From Candidatus Dormiibacterota bacterium (GTDB lineage Bacteria > Chloroflexota > Dormibacteria > Aeolococcales > Aeolococcaceae), in contig CAVPXI010000004.1 of the NCBI GenBank assembly GCA_963709585.1, positions 96,001 through 160,000 on the forward strand: DNA of 64,000 nt. Direction: 5' to 3'. The notes beneath the pieces are model-generated. The model did no database searches. It was not told where the DNA came from and was given only the letters and a program-made list of their open reading frames with translations. Both the position numbers and the translations under genes were made by a program. The first letter of the stretch is position 1. Every line of letters starts with the position of its first letter. Below, piece by piece: positions 48,933 through 58,883 of the stretch.

Positions 48933-50215
48933 CACCATCCAACCTCGATCGCTGGCACCGGCAGCAACGACGGCTGCGCGGAGAACCTGCACTCACCGTG
49001 CCTGAGGTGATGGCGGAGATCGGCGGCGAAAACCTCCATCGCGCTGCCAAGGAACAGCATCGCCCCATCAGGATGCCTGCACGCGCCCCGCCCGACCACG
49101 TCGTTCGACCATCGGATGAGGAGGTCGAGCGCAGCGGGGCGGGCCCGCCCGGTGGCGACCTTGTGGAACGTCTCGGCGATCGCCGGCAGGCCCACATGAC
49201 ACGGCCCGCACTGTCCCGCGGTCTGGCTTGCGAGGAAGCTCAGCACGCGATCGGTCTCGGTGATCCCGCAGGTCGTGGCCGGCGCGACCACGAGCACGCC
49301 GGTCCCCAGGGATGCGCCGACCGATCGGAGCGAATCGGCATCGATGGTCGTGTCCCAGATCCGGTCGGCCGCCACCCAGCGGCCGAAGTACCCCCCCAGC
49401 AGGACGGCGGCGGGCTCCGCCTCGACACCGCCGGCGCGATCCACGATCGTCCCGACCGTGGCGTCACAGGCCGCCTCCAGAACGCCCGGGGTTCGCACCG
49501 CCCCGCTGACGGTCAACAGCGCGGTCCCTGGCGATCGTTTCGTGCCGACCGATCGAAACCATGGGGCACCGAAACGGGCCACGAGTGCTGCGTGGGCGAG
49601 CGTCTCGACGTTCTGGACGAGGGTTGGCAGCCGGTCGACACCGTGCTGAAACGGCCGCGGGGGCACAACCTTCGGCTTGGCAAGATGGCCGGAGACACGC
49701 GAGACCACCGCCGTCTCCTCCCCGGAGACGTAGCGGTTCGGACCGATCTGCACGTCGATGAAGCGCTCGCTGTCGCTGCGCCGTCTCCGCTCTCTGATTG
49801 CAACGCGAAGCGCCGCCTCGATGTCGCTGTGGGATCGGGTCGTATAGATGACGGCCCGTCGCGCCCCCACCGCCTCGGCGGCGTGCTCGAGGCCGTCGAG
49901 AACGAGGTGCGGCCGGTAGGCGATCAGGAACCGATCCTTGAAGCTCGCGGGCTCGCACTCGGCGGCGTTCGCGACCACCACGGCTTCACCGCCGCGCTGG
50001 GCATGCTCCCTCACCGCCCGCCACTTGACACCAGTCGGAAAGTCGGCGCCGCCGCGTCCGCGAAGGCCGCTCTGGTCCAGGGCCGTGATCATGTCGCTCG
50101 AATCGAGGACCGGGCGTGGTCCCATGCCGTCCAGGTGGGCGTCGAGGTCTTCCGGCACGGGACGCCGGGGCAGCAGACGCTGTGCGGTGCGTTCGACGTC
50201 CATCGAGAGGCTCAC
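48929..50215 (-). CDS. Stand-alone NuoF-like NAD(P)H/FMN/4Fe-4S protein
   Basis: GLRGRGGADFP..KW, NAAECEP, YVSGEETA, NVET, GGYFG, GQCGPC...GACRH. Confidence 0.88.
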   Translation of the reverse strand: MSLSMDVERTAQRLLPRRPVPEDLDAHLDGMGPRPVLDSSDMITALDQSGLRGRGGADFPTGVKWRAVREHAQRGGEAVVVANAAECEPASFKDRFLIAYRPHLVLDGLEHAAEAVGARRAVIYTTRSHSDIEAALRVAIRERRRRSDSERFIDVQIGPNRYVSGEETAVVSRVSGHLAKPKVVPPRPFQHGVDRLPTLVQNVETLAHAALVARFGAPWFRSVGTKRSPGTALLTVSGAVRTPGVLEAACDATVGTIVDRAGGVEAEPAAVLLGGYFGRWVAADRIWDTTIDADSLRSVGASLGTGVLVVAPATTCGITETDRVLSFLASQTAGQCGPCHVGLPAIAETFHKVATGRARPAALDLLIRWSNDVVGRGACRHPDGAMLFLGSAMEVFAADLRHHLRHGECRFSAQPSLLPVPAIEVGWW

Positions 50216-51231
50216 GCGCTCTGCTTCTGGGTCGTGAGCGTTCCGCCGATCGAGCCGTTGCCCTGGTCGACGACCTGCACGGAGGCGAGGACAGACCCAC
50301 ACCGGGCGGTGACCGAAGTGTTGCCGATGGTCGCGGCCGCCTGGCAGACGAGTGCCCCGGATCGGGTGACGGTGAGCGTTCCGGTGCCGTCCGGATTGGC
50401 GACGACCACGAGTTGAAGTGTGCTGTCACGGGTATCGCTGAGCGTCGCGGTCACGTTTGCCGCCGAACGGACGAGCCTGCCGATGAGCTGATCGTTCAGG
50501 CCGGCCGCGAGCGCGGCGACCGGGGCGGCTGTGCTCGCCGGGGTGGCCCCGATGCCGGCGAGGAGATCCGCCGGCATGCCGGCTGACTTGGCCCAGCCGT
50601 GCTGCAATGGACCGGCGGCCATCCAGACCACCAGGAGACCGGTCGCGGCCACGCTGCCGGTGATGCCCAGGAGACGGAGCGCGGTGAACCTCGGTCCCGC
50701 TTGCGCGAGGCGCCATACGAGTGCTGCGACAACTGCCAGCACGCACACCGCGACCAGCAGGAGCGCCCAGATCGACTTGGTGTCCGAGCCGGTTCCCAGA
50801 CCGTGGATGACGGCGATCGGCCAGCTGGCGTAGGCGAAGAGGTGCACGAAACGCCATGACCGCCATCCCATGCGATGGCGCATCAGGCTGGTCGCGGTGA
50901 TCGCGATCAGCAACTCGAACCCCACGACACCGAGGCCCAGCCACAGCGGACGGTATGAGGCGATGAACGGCACGAACGCGTCGACGAACGTGAGCTTCGC
51001 GAAGGGGTCGATCACCGACGTCAGGATGTGAATGATCAGGAAGAGGCCGACCAGCAACGAGAGGTTGCGGTGCAACGACTGGACCACGAACCTCGGCCAT
51101 TCCCGGCGGCTCTCACGCGATGACGTGAGCACTCCCAGCACGACGCTTGCGCTCAGCAACAGGAGGGCGGTGTAACCGCTGGCACGCGTCGCGTACCACA
51201 TCGGGGTTGGTCCGGCGAGTGCCGCTGGCAA
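50212..51231 (-). CDS. Ferric reductase-like (MsrQ-like) heme b membrane protein with external C-terminal domain
   Basis: WYATRASG, LHR, HIL, TSL.R, W..VH..AY, HG..TGSD. Confidence 0.88.
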   Translation of the reverse strand: MPAALAGPTPMWYATRASGYTALLLLSASVVLGVLTSSRESRREWPRFVVQSLHRNLSLLVGLFLIIHILTSVIDPFAKLTFVDAFVPFIASYRPLWLGLGVVGFELLIAITATSLMRHRMGWRSWRFVHLFAYASWPIAVIHGLGTGSDTKSIWALLLVAVCVLAVVAALVWRLAQAGPRFTALRLLGITGSVAATGLLVVWMAAGPLQHGWAKSAGMPADLLAGIGATPASTAAPVAALAAGLNDQLIGRLVRSAANVTATLSDTRDSTLQLVVVANPDGTGTLTVTRSGALVCQAAATIGNTSVTARCGSVLASVQVVDQGNGSIGGTLTTQKQSA

Positions 51232-51244
51232 CGGACGGCTCGGG

Positions 51245-51532
51245 TCAGGATCCGCCCGAGATCGCTACGGGTGCCCCGCCATATGCTTGTTGAGGGAGCT
51301 GGACCGGCGCGCTCAGCCCCGGTTGAGTGACGCCGCTGTTGTCGGTCGAACCAGGCTGCGTTGCCGGCGCGCTGGAGGGCGATCGTCCGGGAAAGCTGGT
51401 GGCGGCCACCAGCGCGAAGACCCCGGTGAACGCGGTGGCTCCGACCGCCGTGTAGACGGTCAGCCGCCGGGCGCGGGCCAGGCCGAGGTCTCTCCGAAGG
51501 CGGGCGGAATCCAACTGCGACTGTCGCGGCAT
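51245..51532 (-). CDS. Small membrane-anchored low-complexity protein ending in SGGS
   Basis: RRLT+TM, Ser/Pro/Gln linker, PVAISGGS-stop. Confidence 0.75.
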   Translation of the reverse strand: MPRQSQLDSARLRRDLGLARARRLTVYTAVGATAFTGVFALVAATSFPGRSPSSAPATQPGSTDNSGVTQPGLSAPVQLPQQAYGGAPVAISGGS

Positions 51533-51551
51533 GGATGGAAGCCTACCCGGC

Positions 51552-52892
51552 TCACCCTTGCGGAATGGTGAAGATCCCGGGTCGCAGCCGCAGCGTCAGC
51601 GCCACGAGCATCGCCGCAGCGCAGATCGCGGGGAGCGAGGCAACCTGAGTGATCCACCACCACCAGAGGGTGTGACTGAGTGCGACCAGCTGCGTCGAGG
51701 ATGTCACATTGGCGATCAGCAGCGGCGCGAGGACGGCGATCGCGACCACGAACGCTGCGGTCGACGCGACCAGCGCGCGAGATCTCCACGCTCTGTCCAG
51801 GGCCATGAGCCCGACAGCGGCGAACACGATGATGATCGCGGTCACGTAATGCGCGTACCAGGTGATCGTGCTGGCGAGCAGCATGAGCAGCGTCGCGGCA
51901 GCGAACTCGGCGCCGCTGATCTGCCGGCTCCGAGCCGTGGGACCGATCGCGAAGAAGAGCAAGCCAAGCATCACTGCCAGCACGGCGTATGTCACGAGGC
52001 TGATGAGCAGGGAGTCGGCTTGGGGGACGAGGACGGCGTGCCCGAAGAGACGGCTGACCACCCCGCTGATCGACTGGTTGTACAGCCACCCGTCCTGCGC
52101 CGACAGGACGGGAAGAACGCGAGTGACGTACTCATGCAGCGTCGCCGTCCCGAGGGTGACAACACCAACAGCCACACCCACGGCAACCGTGACGGCACAA
52201 GCGGCGGCAGCACGCCACCATCTCCGCCGGACGATCAGAACGATCAGGAGAATCGGGGCCAGCTTGATCGATGCCGCGATGCCGATCAGCACGCCGAAGC
52301 GCGTTTGCTGCTGGTGCACCCACGCGTGGAGGGCAAGGGCGAGCAGCAGGAAGATCAGCGGATTCATCTGACCGTGCCAGTAGTTGTACGTTGCCGCCGA
52401 GAAGAGAAAAGTGCCCAGTGCGGCGATCTCAAGTCGAGGCCATGTTCGCGGCAGCAGGGCGAATGCTGCGATAGCCGCCGCAACGGCGGTGCACACAATC
52501 GTCAGCCACAGCCAGAGCATTGCCGCGGTATGCGCCGGGACCCAGGCGAGCGGCTGCAGAAGGAAGGCGACAACCGGCGGGTAGTCGAACCCGCTCAGGG
52601 CCACGTTTGGCGTCTGGTGGATGAACTGTGTGTACAGGTCGGTGTGATTGACCACCGAATGCGCGGCGGCAATATAGGCGCCGAAGTCCTCGAACTCACC
52701 GGTGAAGGTGCCCCGGATCGGCGCGATCACGAAGGTCACCACCCCGGCGATGACCGAGGCGATCGCCGCGGCACGCAGCAGGAGCAATCCGAGTGCTCGG
52801 TTACGGGCGTCCGGGCGCAGCCGACCACGGATCCCAGAAGGGCCGCCGGTGGCGGGCAGGCTGAGTTGGCCCCGCTCGATCACTTCCGCCAT
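51552..52892 (-). CDS. GT87 (DUF2029) glycosyltransferase
   Basis: DF.AY, YPP, GQ.N, IKL.P, NQS, WYAH. Confidence 0.88.
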   Translation of the reverse strand: MAEVIERGQLSLPATGGPSGIRGRLRPDARNRALGLLLLRAAAIASVIAGVVTFVIAPIRGTFTGEFEDFGAYIAAAHSVVNHTDLYTQFIHQTPNVALSGFDYPPVVAFLLQPLAWVPAHTAAMLWLWLTIVCTAVAAAIAAFALLPRTWPRLEIAALGTFLFSAATYNYWHGQMNPLIFLLLALALHAWVHQQQTRFGVLIGIAASIKLAPILLIVLIVRRRWWRAAAACAVTVAVGVAVGVVTLGTATLHEYVTRVLPVLSAQDGWLYNQSISGVVSRLFGHAVLVPQADSLLISLVTYAVLAVMLGLLFFAIGPTARSRQISGAEFAAATLLMLLASTITWYAHYVTAIIIVFAAVGLMALDRAWRSRALVASTAAFVVAIAVLAPLLIANVTSSTQLVALSHTLWWWWITQVASLPAICAAAMLVALTLRLRPGIFTIPQG

Positions 52893-52983
52893 ACCAGAAC
52901 GACTTTGATCCCGGGCCGGTGTGCTCGGGTGAATTTCTGGCAACAATCGTTGGCCGGCCGGTCATCCCCGCTACGGTGCCCAC

Positions 52984-54196
52984 ATGGCTCGCGTTCCGCT
53001 CCGTCGCGCGGCCCCGTGGATCGGCGTGCTCCTGCTCCTGGCGGTGCTCGGTTCATCGTTGGTCCTGGAGGCGCGTCGGGAGATAACCGATCCCGGCAAC
53101 AGCGACGCGATCGCCTTCGTCACCGGCGCCGATCTGGTCAGCTCGGATCCGCAGCATCTCTATTCCCCGCAAGCGCAGGAGCGAGTCGAAGCTCGGCTCC
53201 TCGACCTGCCGATGGCGGATCACTTCCTCAACCCGTATCCGAACATTGCCGCGGGAGCGCTGCTCCTCAGTCCGCTCGCGCATGTCGACCTGCAGGCTGC
53301 CACCGGGATCGCAGTGCTGACCTCGGCGTTGCTCTTTGCTGTCGCCCTGCTGCTCACACTTCGGCTTCTGGCCGCCGTCGCCTCGCGGCCGGTACGCCTG
53401 GCGATCGCACTCTCCGCCGTGTTGTGCATTCCCGCGGTCGAGGCGATCTTTCAGTGGGACGCTCTGATGACCGTCGCGCTGGTTGGATCAGTCTTGCTCG
53501 CGGGGCGACGGCGTTATGGCCTGGCAGGGTTGGTGCTCGCAACCCTCATCCTCAAGCCGCAGGTGCTCTGGCTGGTGGTGCCGGCACTGGTCGCGGCGAG
53601 GTCGTGGCGGTATCTCGGCGGGTTGCTCGTGGGCTCGGCGGTATGGATCGCGGTGAGTGTCGTTATCACCGGTCCCCATGGCCTGGTTGCGTTGGCCGAG
53701 CTCGTCGCCGGGAACTACCCGGGCCAGTCAAACCGGAGTATCGGCATTCCTTCTCTCATCTCGGCCGCGACCGGGAGCGGCGAGGTCGGGTTCATCGCGG
53801 CAGGCTGCCTCGGGGGGATTGCCACTGTCCTGCTGCTCTGGCGAGGCGACTTCCTGCGAGGTCAGCCGGTCGCCGCGGTCACGATCGGCGTGGTCCTCTC
53901 CCTGCTGTGCTCGCCGCACGTGACCATCGAGGACTTCATGCTCTGCGTCCTGCCCATAGCGCTCATCGCGCGTCGGTGGCCCTTCCTTGCGCTGGCCGAG
54001 GCCGTGGCGATCAGCGCAGTGGAGGTCGTCCAGCTCCAACTTCCGAGCGGCGCGCAACACCTGCAGCCGTTCCTGCTCGTGGTCATCGCCGTCTCAGACT
54101 CTGCTGGCGGTGCGGCCCGTGGTCCCGTCGATCTCCACTGGGCGGGCGACCGATCCACGGCTGCACAACCGAGGTGCCGGAGCCATCAGCGCCTAG
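52984..54196 (+). CDS. GT87-like glycosyltransferase (frameshift at ~54096)
   Basis: D..AF, LY, Q.D, LKPQ, SPH...D; removing A54096 gives a stop at 54194-54196. Confidence 0.78.
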
Positions 54197-54221
54197 GGCA
54201 CTTGCATTCCGTCGCAAGCAA

Positions 54222-54551
54222 GTGGGACCATCTCGCACGACCGAGTCGTGTGGGGGGCCAGACATCAGCGGACTCTCGTTGTTTGCGGAACTTGCAGCCG
54301 CGATTGCCTGCGCGGGCTTTGCGCTTTCGCTCGCCGAGCTCGCGGGGGTGCGGAATAAAGTCACGATCGCTGCCGCAGGTGCGGCCGCGGGCTTCTTCAT
54401 CGGCTTCGTGACCCAATTGGGGGTGCCGCTGCTCGCGCTCCCGATTGCCGTCATCGCCGCCTCCTGGCTGGATCGCTGGATCGATCAGCAGTCGCAATCT
54501 CCGGGTCGCGCGCTCGACCTGGCCACGGCCGCGCATCACCCCTTGCGGTAG
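54222..54551 (+). CDS. Putative small membrane protein (start uncertain)
   Basis: Three hydrophobic segments at the end of the long shadow ORF 51531-54551. Confidence 0.4.
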   Translation: MGPSRTTESCGGPDISGLSLFAELAAAIACAGFALSLAELAGVRNKVTIAAAGAAAGFFIGFVTQLGVPLLALPIAVIAASWLDRWIDQQSQSPGRALDLATAAHHPLR

Positions 54552-56124
54552 ACGGTCTCCAGCGCAGGCCTCGGCGCCGCGGCGTCAAGCGGATTCGCTG
54601 GCCCACGCTCGGTCGCGACCAGCGTCCAGACGCCCGGCGGAGCCAGATCGGCTGCCGCGAGCACGAGCATGTCTCCCGCCGACGCCTCGCTCTCGGCAAA
54701 CTCCGGCGGGACCACCTGCATGCCCAGCGCAGCCAGCCCCGGGGTGGCGTTATCGGTGACCTGGTGTGCCGGCGGCGGTGGCAGGAAGGCGAAGAACGCC
54801 TCGATGTACGGCGGTTCGAGCGTCGAAGAGAGGTAGACGCGGTGACCCGCGGCGTCGTTGTGCGCCGTGGTGATCGCGGCGATCTCGCCGGTGTCGAAAA
54901 ATGGCGCGGCCCGGTTGGGATATGCCGAGTAGAGATCGATGCTGAAAAGCACCGCCTGCGCAACCAGGCCGATGGCGAGCGCGCCGGCGACCAGGCGGCG
55001 GAGGCTGGCGTGACTGGCGAGAGCGCTTCGGATGCCGTCTAAGCCGAGCACCGCGAGGATCACGAGGAAGGGGAGGAGGCCCGATGAGCGCAGTGCGTGC
55101 GGCGTCCCGTTGTTGGTCAGGGCGGCCGCGATGGGGGCGAGCACGATCCCGGCGACCAGAAAACGCACCAGGGGCTCTCCGCGCCGCTGCCAGCAGACGA
55201 CGATGCCCGCGATCAACAACGGAGCCATCGCCCAGAGCAGCATCCCCCCGATCTCCGTGTTCTGGCGCGGGTTCGCATCGCCCTGGAGCAGGAGGAAGTT
55301 CGGGCTGAAATACGCAAGGTAGTTGGTGAGGAACCGATCGATGACTACGTTGAGCGGGGCGCCGTCGGCCCAGATGCTGATCGCGGCGAAGCGCCCGGTG
55401 AGTGCCCCGGGGTTGAGCAGCGCGTAGGCGCCCAGACCCAGATAGCCGGCACCGATCGGTATCAGGGCACGCCACCAGCCAGGTGTCTTTGCCAACCCCC
55501 AGGCAATCGCGAGGGCAGCGGCCAGCAGCAAGATCTCGAGCCTCGCCGTGGTGTAGGCGTAGATCGCCAGCGCGAGGAACACGCCCGCGATCGCGAACCG
55601 GCGTGGGTTCGGCCGCCGTCCGGCGAGGCACCAGAGTGCGGCCGACAGGAGCGCGACCATGGAGATGGTCTCGAAGCCCACTCGGCTCTCGATGACCAGC
55701 CACGGCGTGAACGCGGTCAGCGCGAGGGCGCCGAGCGTGACCGCCCGCGAGCCGGTCAGCCGCCACGCGGCCGCGGTGAGGAACCCGACCGCCGCGAGAC
55801 CGAAGAGCGCCGCCGGCAACCGCTCGACCGCAACAGTCAGCGGCAGAAAACGGACCAGCGCCGCGACGGCGTAGACGTAAATCGGGTTCTTGTACTCGCC
55901 GAACGCCTCGAAGAAGAGCGGGATGTGAATCCCATGCTCATCAACGCCGAAATGGGCGATGGTCCAGGCGTTGTAGCCGATCGACGCCTCGTCCACGTAG
56001 AGCCCGGGCGGTGAAGCGGAGAGGTCGACGAGGTTGCGGAGGACCACGAGTACCGCGAGCACCGCGATGGCGCCGATCCAGACCGGCGGCGCAACCGATC
56101 TGCGCCGACTTCCGTTTCAGCCAC
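54536..56124 (-). CDS. ArnT/PMT-like GT-C glycosyltransferase (frameshift at ~56083)
   Basis: PPGLYVDEASIGYNAW, YK.P, SR, YFSP.FL...GD.N.R, PHALR. Confidence 0.82.
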
Positions 56125-56269
56125 GCGGGTTACGGTCCAACTCGCTCGGGGATGTTAGTGCATGGATTCCAGAGTCGGGATGTTGATGTCCCAACTCGAC
56201 GAGCGGCGCTGGTCGTGCACCCATGTGAAGATGCGCGCCATGCGTGCTGTTCAGCAGGACGATGCGGTC

Positions 56270-57824
56270 ATGAACAGGCGACCGTGGTGGCGCAACCGAT
56301 TCGCCTACGTCGTGCTGGTCATGATCGCATTGGTCGCGGCGCTCTATCTCTACAGAATCGGCAGTGATCCTCCGGGCTTGTACGCGGATGAGGCCAGCAT
56401 CGGCTACAACGCCTGGACGATCGCGCATTACGGCACCGATCAGTACGGCATTCACTTTCCACTGTTCTTTACGGACTTCGGGGACTACAAGGGCCCGATC
56501 GCGACCTATCTGGTAGCGCCGCTCACGTGGGTCTTCGCCGGCGGCGCTGCAGTGGTGCGCTTGCCGAGCGTCCTGGCCGGAATCGCCCTCTCCGTGGTGG
56601 CAGGGCGAATCGCCTTGGTCAGCACCGGTTCCAGGCTTGTCGCACTCGTGATCATCGCGCTCACGGCGTTGCAGCCCTGGATCTTCCTGCAGAGCCACAC
56701 AATGCTCGAGGGCAACATTCTCATGGTGCTCGCCGTGATGTGCGCCTGCTGGTGCATCGTCGAGGCGAATGTCGCTGGGGCGTCAGGGAGATGGTGGACC
56801 GGTGCCGGCGTCGCGCTGGCGATCTGCATCTACACGTACTCCGTTGGCCGCCTCCTTGCTCTTCTGATCGCTGCGGTTGCGGTGCTGAGCTTCGCTCGAG
56901 TTCGGTCGCGAGAAGATGCTCCGCTTCCTGTTCCCCATCGCGGCCGCCTACATCATCCTCGCCATCTGGTCGTTCGATAACCCTGGAGCGCTGCTGGCGC
57001 GTTTCCAGGGCGTGGGTCTGCTCGCCGACCATCCAACCGTGATCGCCGCGCTGGCGAGATTTCTGGGGAACTACGGGAGCTACTTCAGCCCCGGATTCCT
57101 GGTGCTGCACGGTGATGGGAACCTCCGCCAGACCACGGGATTCGGCGGCGTCCTGCTCGACGCCACCATCCCGCTCATGATCATCGGCGCGGCGCGGCTC
57201 GTCCGGTCGTGGCGCAACCCGTATTCGCGGTTCGTCGTCCTGGGCGCGCTGGTCGCCCCCGTTCCGGCTGCCCTGACGCTGGTCGCCCCGCACGCGCTCC
57301 GTGGCGCCGGACTGATCCCATTTCTCATCCTCATGATGGTGGAGGGCGTCTCGTGGGCCTGGACGCTGCTGCAGTCGCGCAGGCTGATCGCGTTCGGGCT
57401 GGTTGCAGTCGTGATCGCCAGTGCCGCTCCGTACTTTGTTGATTTCTTCAACGGCTACCCGGCACGGGCTGAGCTTGAGTTCGAAGCAGGCGAAGGAGCG
57501 GCGATGGCGATGGCGTATGCCAGGGCCGAGGCGGGGGGACATCAACTCTTTCTCTCCGCAACGCTCAATCAACCGGCCCTGCAGCTCATGTACGCGGTCG
57601 ACGCACCACCCCCGCAGAACGACTTCGTGCGGCGAGCCCGGATCATCGTCGTCAGAACGCTGGCGCAGATGGACACTGCGAAACCCGGTGACGTGCTGGT
57701 CATCGGTCCTCACGACGCTCCGCCCCCGGCCGCCCGGCTGCTCTTCGTCGTGGACGATGGTCGCATCGTGCAGGCTCCGGCCACGGTGGCGAGCAGTGAT
57801 CTTCTCTGTGTCTACCAAGCTTGA
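56270..57824 (+). CDS. ArnT/PMT-like GT-C glycosyltransferase, paralog (frameshift at ~56899)
   Basis: PPGLYADEASIGYNAW, YK.P, YFSPGFL..GD.N.R, PHALR across two frames. Confidence 0.82.
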
Positions 57825-57871
57825 CCGACGCATGAGCGGAGCACGACACCGCCGCACTAGGATGTCCCGCC

Positions 57872-58858
57872 ATGCGGGCTATGATTCTCGACGCGCCCGG
57901 CACCGCCCTTCGCGAAGGCACTGTCGCCGATCCAGTGCACGGTGACGGTCAGGTCCTCGTCAAGGTCGGAGCATGCGCGCTCTGCCGCACGGACCTGCAC
58001 ATCGTCGACGGCGAGCTGACCCGTCCCAAGCTGCCACTCGTTCCCGGTCACATGATTGTGGGAGAAGTCGTCGCGGCCGGGACCGCGGTGGAGACCGCCC
58101 GGGTGGGAGATCGTGTGGGCATCCCCTGGCTTGGCTGGACTGACGGCACGTGCATCTACTGCACGACGGGGCGCGAGAATCTGTGCGACAACGCTCGATT
58201 CACCGGCTACGACATCGACGGTGGGTACGCCGAGTACACGGTTGCCGATGCGCGATTCTGCTTTCCACTCGACCGCTCGTACAGCGACGTGCAAGCCGCG
58301 CCACTGCTCTGCGCAGGGCTGATCGGCTACCGCGCGCTCAACGCCGCCGGCGACGGCGCGCGCCTTGGGCTGTACGGTTTCGGGGATTCGGCCCACATCG
58401 TTGCTCAGGTGGCCCGATATCAGGGACGGCGCGTCTTTGCGATAACGCGCCCGGGCGATACCGCGAGCCAGGAATTCGCCATGCGCCTCGGGGCGACCTG
58501 GGCCGGAGACACCGACCAGATGCTGCCCGAGGAGCTCGACGCGGCCATCATCTTCGCGCCCGTCGGAGCGCTCGTCCCACTCGCGCTTGGCGCTGTCGCA
58601 AAGGGTGGGATCGTGGTATGCGCCGGGATCCACATGAGCGACATACCGTCGTTCTCGTACGACCTGCTGTGGGGGGAGCGCACGGTGCGATCCATCGCCA
58701 ACCTGACGCGCCGCGACGGCACTGAATTCCTGGCGCTCGCGCATCAGATTCCGGTGCGCACCCAGGTCGACACGTTGCCGCTCGCCGAGGCGAACACGGC
58801 GCTCGCCCGGCTGCGCAACGGCAAGGTGCAGGGTGCCATCGTCCTGACAATCAACTGA
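57872..58858 (+). CDS. Zinc-dependent alcohol dehydrogenase
   Basis: CRTDLH, PGH, C..C...ENLC, APLLCAG, GLYGFG. Confidence 0.93.
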   Translation: MRAMILDAPGTALREGTVADPVHGDGQVLVKVGACALCRTDLHIVDGELTRPKLPLVPGHMIVGEVVAAGTAVETARVGDRVGIPWLGWTDGTCIYCTTGRENLCDNARFTGYDIDGGYAEYTVADARFCFPLDRSYSDVQAAPLLCAGLIGYRALNAAGDGARLGLYGFGDSAHIVAQVARYQGRRVFAITRPGDTASQEFAMRLGATWAGDTDQMLPEELDAAIIFAPVGALVPLALGAVAKGGIVVCAGIHMSDIPSFSYDLLWGERTVRSIANLTRRDGTEFLALAHQIPVRTQVDTLPLAEANTALARLRNGKVQGAIVLTIN

Positions 58859-58883
58859 GCGAGCGCTGCGCGATCATGTCAGC

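Noticed and set aside
51531-54551. 1006-aa plus-strand ORF
   Set aside because: Arg/Gly-rich shadow of two GT87 genes; only the last ~100 aa look protein-like
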